Part shown: piece after piece, positions 57,024 to 64,000 of the stretch
Numbering within the stretch: the stretch's first letter is position 1
How the letters are laid out: every line of letters begins with the position of its first letter
Source: Synechococcus sp.
GTDB lineage: Bacteria > Cyanobacteriota > Cyanobacteriia > Thermostichales > PCC-7336
Direction: 5' to 3'
Assembly (NCBI GenBank): GCA_051439605.1
Contig: JBFRWN010000124.1
Location: forward strand, 128,001 to 192,000
Length of the DNA: 64,000 nt
Notes under the pieces: generated by a model
Seen by the model: the letters and a program-made list of their open reading frames with translations, nothing else
Database searches by the model: none
What the model was told of the DNA's origin: nothing
Translations under genes and position numbers: made by a program

Positions 57024-59690
57024 CTAAGCCCACCGCACCAGCCGCATTTCTAGCCGATCGTGGAGGTCCGGATGATGGGGGAGCAGGCGAAGCGCCAAGC
57101 CTTGTAACCCGCTGCGATCGTATTGTACTTTGCCGCGATAAACTGCTCGCGCTCCTTCCATATGGGTGAATACTAGTGGCTCACCCTTTCCCTCTCGAAT
57201 TTCTCCCGTTTCGTCCACCGGCCCGCAATACACCTCGACCTGAATATCACCAGCTAACAATTGGCCTAATTGAATATGAGCGGTAACCTCCACAGGATCT
57301 CCTATGGCCAGAACAGAAACCGCTTCTGCCCCAACAGCCTCTGTGGCAACAGGTGCCGTTGCCACAGAGGCTGTTGGGGCTGTCCCCGATAACCCAGCTA
57401 AAGTGTCTGCCTTGATGCTGAGGGGTTTTAAGGGTTCCACATCGACTTTAACGATTTCAATGTGATACCAGTTTGCGAGCAGGCGATCCTGCCAGTCCAC
57501 CAATTCTTGGGCCGGTCGGTAGTTATCCGCTTGCATGCGATCGAAGTAACCGCTGATGGGGAAATAGGCCCTCTCCGCATAGTCCTGCACCATTCTTTGG
57601 GTACTAAAGAGCGGGACATTCATACGAATGGAGTTTTTCATCTGCTTAATCCATTCGCGGGGTAATCCGTCTCCATCCCGCTCGTAAAAGGAAGGCACGA
57701 TCTCGTGCTCAAGTAAGTCGTAAATAGAGGTGGATTCTACTGCATCTTGGTAATCGCGATCGCTGTATTCCTCTCCCCGCCCAATGGGCCAACCGGTTTT
57801 ATGGTAATCAGCCTCTGCCCACCAGCCATCCAAAATACTCAGATTTAGTAGTCCGTTGGCCGCCGCCTTCATACCGCTGGTGCCAGAGGCCTCTCGAGGC
57901 CGCAATGGTGTATTCAGCCACATGTCCGCCCCTGCCACCATCAGACTGGTGATATGCATGTCGTAGTCTTCGATGAACACAATCCGATGGCGCACGTTTT
58001 CTTGGCGAGCAAATTGCACGATATCGCGAATCAGCTCTTTACCGGGTGTGTCTTTGGGGTGGGCCTTACCGGCAAAAATAATTTGCAGCGGCATGTCTTT
58101 GTTGGTGAGCAACTTAATCAAGCGATCGCGATCGCGCAGCAACAAAGTAGCTCGCTTGTAGGTGGCAAATCGGCGGGCAAACCCAATTGTCAGTGCTTTC
58201 GGATCGAGGATCTCCAGTGCTTTTGCCAACTCCGGTGGGGAGGCTCCTTGTGCTTCCAGTTGAGCGTGCAGTCGTTGGCGCGTAAAATCTACCAAATTGG
58301 CTCGACAACGCTCATGGGTGCGCCATAATTCCTCATCCGGCAAGCCATCTACCTTATCCCATGTTGGGTCAGAGGGCAGAGCTTGGGACCATCTCGAACC
58401 CAAATAGCGATCGTAGAGGTCTTGGACGTCAGACCCGACCCAGGTGCGACAGTGAATACCGTTAGTAATGGCACCAATGGGGACTTCTTCAGAGGGCAGA
58501 TCCTGCCACAGGTTGCCAAACATCTGCCGAGCCACCTGTCCGTGAAGCTGACTGACCCCATTCACAAAACTGGCTGTATTGATTGCTAGCACCGCCATAC
58601 TGAACGGTGCATTAAAGTCCCCAGTATTCTCGCGCCCCAACCCCATAAACTGTTCGCGGGACAGTCCAAATGCCTTGTAATATTTCCCCAAGTAATAATC
58701 AATTTTGTCGGGAGGAAATAGATCTATACCCGCTGGAACCGGGGTGTGGGTGGTAAAAATTTGGCTGGATTTCGCCACCTGAAATGCCGTAGTAAACGAG
58801 AGCCCATCCACCATCAGGTGACGAATGCGCTCTAACCCCAAAAAGGCGGAATGCCCCTCATTCATGTGAAACAGAGTGGGTTTAATCCCTAATGCCTCCA
58901 GGGCCAGAACCCCGCCAATGCCCAGCATCATCTCTTGATGAATGCGGATATCTTTATCCCCGCCGTACAACTCATCGGTGATGTCTTGGTCGTACTGGCT
59001 GTTGATGTCAAGATTGGTGTCCAGCAGATACAGCGGTACCCGTCCCACTTGGGCTCGCCAAATGCGGGCAAACACTGCTCGATTGGGATAATCTACCCGA
59101 ATGCGGATTTCCGAGCCATCCTTATGCAGTTGTAGCTCTAGAGGCATGTTGTAAAAATCATTGATGGGATAACGTTCTTGCTGCCACCCATCTGGATTGA
59201 GATATTGGCGAAAATAACCCTTTTGGTAGAGCAATCCCACCCCCACCAAAGGAAGGCCCAAATCGCTGGCTGACTTGAGGTGATCCCCTGCAAGAATCCC
59301 CAGCCCTCCAGAATAAATTGGCATGCAGTCAGAGATGCCAAATTCAGCAGAGAAATAGGCGTAACATTCCCCCTCCACTTGGCGATCACCCCGCACCTGT
59401 TGATACCAAGTGCTAGCGTCTAAATAGGCTTGCAATTGCTGCTGAACCCGCTGCATGTGGGCCAAAAACCCCTCATCCGCCTTCAGTTCGTTCAGGCGTT
59501 GCTGGGGAAGACTGCCCAGGAGTTTGACGGGGTTATGCTGACAGTCCTCCCACAGTTGTGGGTCCATCCGTTGGAACAGCCGACGCGATTCGCCGTTCCA
59601 ACTGAACTGCATGTTGTGGGCCAATTGCTGCAGAGGGACCAAGACCTCGGGCAAATAGGGGGTAATTCTGAAGGTGCGAAGCGCTTTCAT
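57024..59690 (-). CDS. glgP: alpha-glucan (glycogen) phosphorylase
   Basis: YSGGLGILAGD, NEGH, FTTHTPVPAG, ARRFATYKR, EASGTSGMKA. Confidence 0.96.
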   Translation of the reverse strand: MKALRTFRITPYLPEVLVPLQQLAHNMQFSWNGESRRLFQRMDPQLWEDCQHNPVKLLGSLPQQRLNELKADEGFLAHMQRVQQQLQAYLDASTWYQQVRGDRQVEGECYAYFSAEFGISDCMPIYSGGLGILAGDHLKSASDLGLPLVGVGLLYQKGYFRQYLNPDGWQQERYPINDFYNMPLELQLHKDGSEIRIRVDYPNRAVFARIWRAQVGRVPLYLLDTNLDINSQYDQDITDELYGGDKDIRIHQEMMLGIGGVLALEALGIKPTLFHMNEGHSAFLGLERIRHLMVDGLSFTTAFQVAKSSQIFTTHTPVPAGIDLFPPDKIDYYLGKYYKAFGLSREQFMGLGRENTGDFNAPFSMAVLAINTASFVNGVSQLHGQVARQMFGNLWQDLPSEEVPIGAITNGIHCRTWVGSDVQDLYDRYLGSRWSQALPSDPTWDKVDGLPDEELWRTHERCRANLVDFTRQRLHAQLEAQGASPPELAKALEILDPKALTIGFARRFATYKRATLLLRDRDRLIKLLTNKDMPLQIIFAGKAHPKDTPGKELIRDIVQFARQENVRHRIVFIEDYDMHITSLMVAGADMWLNTPLRPREASGTSGMKAAANGLLNLSILDGWWAEADYHKTGWPIGRGEEYSDRDYQDAVESTSIYDLLEHEIVPSFYERDGDGLPREWIKQMKNSIRMNVPLFSTQRMVQDYAERAYFPISGYFDRMQADNYRPAQELVDWQDRLLANWYHIEIVKVDVEPLKPLSIKADTLAGLSGTAPTASVATAPVATEAVGAEAVSVLAIGDPVEVTAHIQLGQLLAGDIQVEVYCGPVDETGEIREGKGEPLVFTHMEGARAVYRGKVQYDRSGLQGLALRLLPHHPDLHDRLEMRLVRWA
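57328..57380. repeat. perfect 23-bp inverted repeat inside glgP
   Basis: gccccaacagcctctgtggcaac-aggtgcc-gttgccacagaggctgttggggc. Confidence 0.95.
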
Positions 59691-59872
59691 GGCAACCCCA
59701 AGCGTGTATATTCCCTATTGTGTTGAGTGCCATCCCTGACATGCTTGATTTTTAGGTTTGTCTTCCAATAGGTGAAAATCCCCTTTAGCTTCTCAGGTGA
59801 TTTCTCTGGATTGCCTTCACGCACAACGCAGAAAGTACATGTAGGCAATTGTCGGCAATTCCTTCAACTGCA

Positions 59873-60676
59873 TCATGGGTCAGTTACAAGTTGCACGCGA
59901 TCGCCTACGCGAATACTGCTATTGGCAGAATCTAACGACACCAGCCGGGTGTTAGTTGTCAGCCGATAGTAATGGTTGAATTGGGCGGAGTTACTCCAGC
60001 TGGGAAGCGTCGCTTGGCGTCGTTCGGCAAAAATGGCCTGGAAGCGCTTGAGGGATTCTCCTGACTGGGGATGGCGGGTGGGCACAATGCACCTTGCACA
60101 AGAATTTGTTCCTGCTAGTGTGACCTCCTCTCCCACTTGAAAGGGCACTCCACGATCGCCATTGGCACATAACCGATCTTCCCAAAACGCTGGAGCCTCG
60201 CCAATCTCTAAATTCGCTCGCAGACGCTGCCGCATCTGCTGGGTATCCACTCCCTCAAACCAACTAGCCACTTCATCGAGGGTTGCAGTGGCGATCGCTG
60301 TTGGCCCCGGATAATTCGTGTCGTCAGGGAAGCCCGCTTTAGGATTCTGTTGTAATCGCACGGGTTTTTTGAAAAACTGGCTGAGCCACTCCTCCAGAGG
60401 ACCGAGATCGCTATCCAACCCAAATTCGGACATTTCAGAAATGCCCTCCTCCCACAGCGAAACTCGCCGCCGATGGGGCTCCTTTAGGTTAAAATTGGCC
60501 CTCAACTGATGAATCCGGGCAGTGCGCTTACCGTTTACGTAACGTCCCGACTCATCCACAATAGAGAATTCGCGATCGCCCCGCAGCGCCCCATTAGGTA
60601 AAAGGCGGGCCTGAGACAGAGAAACCCCGTCCAAAGACTTGATGGGGTAAATCCAAATGGCGTCGAGAACAGGCAC
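59873..60676 (-). CDS. MOSC domain-containing protein
   Basis: IYPIKSLDG, DREF, GFPDD, RLRANLEI, CARC.VP; GTG start overlaps the upstream TAG. Confidence 0.88.
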   Translation of the reverse strand: MPVLDAIWIYPIKSLDGVSLSQARLLPNGALRGDREFSIVDESGRYVNGKRTARIHQLRANFNLKEPHRRRVSLWEEGISEMSEFGLDSDLGPLEEWLSQFFKKPVRLQQNPKAGFPDDTNYPGPTAIATATLDEVASWFEGVDTQQMRQRLRANLEIGEAPAFWEDRLCANGDRGVPFQVGEEVTLAGTNSCARCIVPTRHPQSGESLKRFQAIFAERRQATLPSWSNSAQFNHYYRLTTNTRLVSLDSANSSIRVGDRVQLVTDP

Positions 60677-61557
60677 TAGGCCAACACCTTGCGCAAAACT
60701 CCCTGCACCAAGACGATGGAGGCCACCACAAACAGGGAAAGCGCCCCTAAGGAACCGATCAAAGAGAGCTCCCCCCATGGGGCATGCAGCACGATATCTG
60801 ACCAAGCCCAATCGGTGTGGGTGTAGAGATAGCGGATGGGTTCGATGGCGTGGGTGAGGGGGTTAAGACTGGCCACCCATTTCAGCCAGATGGGCATGAA
60901 GTTTAGAGGGGCCAATGCGGTACTGGAGAAAATTAGCGGCAGGTTAATCAAGAAAATCAATGCCAGCAGCTCAGCATGGCCGGGCATCGCAAAAGCCAAC
61001 CCCAAACTGAGGGCGGTGAACCCCAACACCAACAAGGCCACGATCGCCGTAACAATCGCTAGACCCACCAAGTCGGGGATGCCAGCCCCTAAAAAGTAGC
61101 TCGCCCCCACAATCATGCCGGTTTGCACCAATGCCATGCTGACAATAAAAAAGGCCGATGCCAACACAATCGAAAATCGCGAAGCCAGTGGAGCTACGAG
61201 CAGGCGGTTGAGGAAACCAAATTCGCGATCGAACAACACCGGAACGCCGGCATTCAGGGCTCCGCCGTAGGCCGTAAACACGATTACTCCAGCCCCTAAA
61301 AACTGCACGTAGCTTTGAGTCTCTCCAAAAATTCCTTGAGGAGCATTTTGGAACAGAGAACCGAATAGAAGTAGCCACAGCAGTGGTTGAATCACCCCTA
61401 CAGCAAATGTAGTCGGACGACGTTTGAGTTGAATAAACCAACGTCGAGTAAGGGCAAACGTTTCCTGCCAAAACTCTGGGGACAGGATGCCGGGGAGGGC
61501 GGTATCCGCGCCTTCGGCATAATCAGCTTGTAGGTTTGGGGCAGTAGCTTCGGTCAT
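60676..61557 (-). CDS. ABC-2 type permease (Ycf38-like)
   Basis: QPLLWLLLFG, FDREFGFLNRLLVAPL, LNPLT.AIEPIR. Confidence 0.9.
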   Translation of the reverse strand: MTEATAPNLQADYAEGADTALPGILSPEFWQETFALTRRWFIQLKRRPTTFAVGVIQPLLWLLLFGSLFQNAPQGIFGETQSYVQFLGAGVIVFTAYGGALNAGVPVLFDREFGFLNRLLVAPLASRFSIVLASAFFIVSMALVQTGMIVGASYFLGAGIPDLVGLAIVTAIVALLVLGFTALSLGLAFAMPGHAELLALIFLINLPLIFSSTALAPLNFMPIWLKWVASLNPLTHAIEPIRYLYTHTDWAWSDIVLHAPWGELSLIGSLGALSLFVVASIVLVQGVLRKVLA

Positions 61558-61613
61558 GCGAATGGGGCCATTCGAAACAACTTAACGGTTAAACCGCGAA
61601 TCAATGGGTGCGG

Positions 61614-62621
61614 TTACTTCTTTTTCTTACCAGTATCGGCTTCGGCCGCAGCTAGTTCGGCATCCTTCAGGGTTTTGCCAGTGGCTGCCAGATAGACATC
61701 ATCCAAACTGGGGCGAGAGTAGGCCAGTCCAAATACGGGGAGACCGGATGAGTTCAACTTCTGTCGAACCTCAGTACTTGCTGCGGTTTCGTCTATATTA
61801 ACGACTAGGTTGAGGGCGTTGCCCTGGGCTGCATTAATGACGATATTTTGCACGAAGGCCAGTCCAGACAGGAGATTCAGCGCCTGCTCGGCCTCTGCGC
61901 GGGGGGTGAACTCCTTCAGACGCAGGGTGATGCGATCTCCCCCCACCTTCTGCTTCAGCTCTGCTGGTGTCCCCGTTGCGATGACGGTACCGGCATCAAT
62001 AATGGCCACAGCATCAGCCAATGCATCAATTTCTTCTAAGTAATGGCTGGTCATCAACACTGTAATGCCACGGGACTTTAACTCCCGTAAGAATTCCCAA
62101 ATCACGACACGGCTTTCAATATCTAGCCCCACTGTCGGTTCGTCCAAAACTAATACATTTGGATCGTGCAGTAAACCCGCCGCCAAATCCAGACGCTTGC
62201 GCAGTCCCCCAGAGTAGGTGCCGATTTTATCGTCGGCACGATCTTCAAGACCTAACAGCTTAAGAACGGTGTCGATGCGCTCGGTCGCTTGGCCTCGTTT
62301 CATGTGGTAGAGATCCGCCTGAAGCTGAAGCAGTTCTCGCCCTGTCAGCATCTTGTCTAGGGCCACCTCTTGAGCAACGTAACCCAATCGTTTGCGTACC
62401 GCACGAGGATTGGAGATGGCGGAAATGCCACAGACGCGCAGATCCCCCGCATCAGGTCTCATCAGGGTACACAAGCAGCGCAGGGTGGTGGTTTTGCCCG
62501 CCCCATTTGGCCCCAGCAGCCCAAAAATCTGTCCCGCTTCCACCTCCAGCGACAAATCCTTAACCGCCTCAATATCGCCGTAGCGCTTTTGCAATCCTTG
62601 AATGGAAACAGCTAATGTCAC
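61614..62621 (-). CDS. ABC transporter ATP-binding protein (DrrA-like)
   Basis: GPNGAGKTT, YSGG, LDEPTVGLD, PSLDDVYL..TG. Confidence 0.92.
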   Translation of the reverse strand: MTLAVSIQGLQKRYGDIEAVKDLSLEVEAGQIFGLLGPNGAGKTTTLRCLCTLMRPDAGDLRVCGISAISNPRAVRKRLGYVAQEVALDKMLTGRELLQLQADLYHMKRGQATERIDTVLKLLGLEDRADDKIGTYSGGLRKRLDLAAGLLHDPNVLVLDEPTVGLDIESRVVIWEFLRELKSRGITVLMTSHYLEEIDALADAVAIIDAGTVIATGTPAELKQKVGGDRITLRLKEFTPRAEAEQALNLLSGLAFVQNIVINAAQGNALNLVVNIDETAASTEVRQKLNSSGLPVFGLAYSRPSLDDVYLAATGKTLKDAELAAAEADTGKKKK

Positions 62622-62934
62622 GAATTCCTCATCCTGTTAAGCAGGCTCTTAATGTTATTTAACACCCTTCCTGCTGGCGATTGCGCGATCGCTCTCAAAG
62701 TTTTTACACTTACGCGCAGGTTTCCATCATTTTGGTTGGAGTGCCAAAGTTTTTCCAACGATAAAGCTCTTGTATGGCTAGACCAAGGATTTTCTGCTGT
62801 AAGCCAGATAGAAAAACGCTTTCCTGGTCATAGATACAGCCTTTCAAGAGCTGTATACAGTACTCAAGATGGCAGTCAAAGGATGCCAACCATACGAATA
62901 TGGGGTACACTTCACTGCAGGTGAGGAGTGAACA

Positions 62935-62986
62935 ACAAGAAGCGAGCGGAAGACGAAACGCGGAAAGTCTTCTGCTCGCTTCTTGT
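62935..62986. other. long stem-loop in an intergenic region
   Basis: acaagaagcgagcggaagac-N12-gtcttctgctcgcttcttgt, 20-bp stem with one G-T pair. Confidence 0.75.
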
Positions 62987-63349
62987 ATGTATGTTTTTAT
63001 GCAACTTTAGAGATATGCCTGATTCTTGAAAGATATCTCTCCGGTGCGTTGGTTCATTGCGCTTCCTGTAGGATTGGCTCTTGTGGAAATTGGCGCACAG
63101 TACTTAAGATGTACATAATTTCACAGCAAGCATATAGGCAAGAGGTAAGGCTCAAGTAACAATTAATCCAGAATCTGGCCGAAAGTTACTGCAGCTCTAT
63201 TTCGACATTGCCAGCACTTCAACAGGACTGGGGTACTCACCCCTCTCCAGCAGTTTTATTACTTGCTGTGCTCTGTTTCTAACGTGTTCGGCCTTTGCAT
63301 ATTTTGCAAACACGCAAACCGGCTCTTCGACGGATCCTCGCGCTTGTGC

Positions 63350-63859
63350 TGCAGCGGGCGGCAATAGAACGAAATCTAGTGGTTCCAAATTGAGAGACGG
63401 CTTTCTCTCCTGATAAGTGTAGGCAATCAGGCCAAATATCAAATTCACCAAGAAATTGATGCGGCTACGGTGCCGGGCATGCTTAATTTGTGAGATGTTT
63501 TTGAGTCAGTTGTTGATCGTCTAAATCAAGGAGCGCTTGCGCAGTAAAATCTTTTCCATTAGCGGTAACAGACGATTGTGCGTGTTCTTCAGAGGCATCA
63601 CCAGCTGCAATCCCTGACTGAATAGTCTTTCAAGCAAGGCCTAGGCGATATAGCCTTTGTCTCCAAACAACTTGCTACTTAGGCTTTTCACAAGTTCGGG
63701 AACGGGCTTGCGAAAATCGGTAATTTGCTTCAAAGCTCTGGCAAAATTCATCGATATCCCAAACAGTTGCTCCTATTCCATGTGAGCACACTCGCTAGAC
63801 CTAACTCTCGCTGCTAGTCTGGGCCCTTTGCACAAGCCTGGCTTACGTCGAACTCAGGT
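63350..63859 (-). mobile_element. IS982-family IS remnant with an internal deletion
   Basis: Terminus ACCTGAGTTCGACGTAA at 63859-63843; decayed N-terminus (EQLF.DIDEFCQSFE) joined directly to RKPVPEL...KLFGDKGYI and [35 protein letters not shown]. Confidence 0.85.
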
Positions 63860-64000
63860 CGATTAATGCTGCTTTGAGTATCAACAGGGACAGCGACAGT
63901 TGTCGAGGCAGAATCAGCATACATCCCCATTGCCCTGTCTGAGGGTTTCGCTTCGTTCCTTACTGGCAACCGTGAATCCAAACTCCTCTAGTTTTTTCAT

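Overview
A 64 kb stretch of a cyanobacterial chromosome: HIP1 GCGATCGC is frequent, and psbO, NDH-1, a phycobilisome linker and SipA are present. Gene order (ndhH-A-I-G-E contiguous; a GGM-tailed GroEL directly behind groES) suggests an early-branching lineage. Most of the window is housekeeping: psbO, pheA, ndhHAIGE, pheT, an LptD-like protein, miaA, rbp3, pdhC, mazG, ureE, the A-adding tRNA nucleotidyltransferase, pgm, the atp1-a-c-b'-b-delta-alpha-gamma operon, groESL with CIRCE, pabBC, ybaB-recR, SpoIID, glgP and an ABC-2 exporter. There are two IS relics (ISL3, IS982). The unexplained items, by interest: (1) a secreted 171-aa protein made of five 24-aa repeats in A-B-A-A-B order, with an RBS-occluding leader hairpin, divergent from an adenylate cyclase-FHA gene; (2) two tandem paralogous 60-aa tail-anchored microproteins showing synonymous divergence; (3) a phycobilisome linker whose C-terminal ~250 aa has no recognisable CpcD domain; (4) a perfect 23-bp inverted repeat translated in frame inside glgP; (5) a two-motif IF7/IF17-like protein. 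No rRNA, tRNA or CRISPR array was seen. All family calls come from motif recognition, not database searches.
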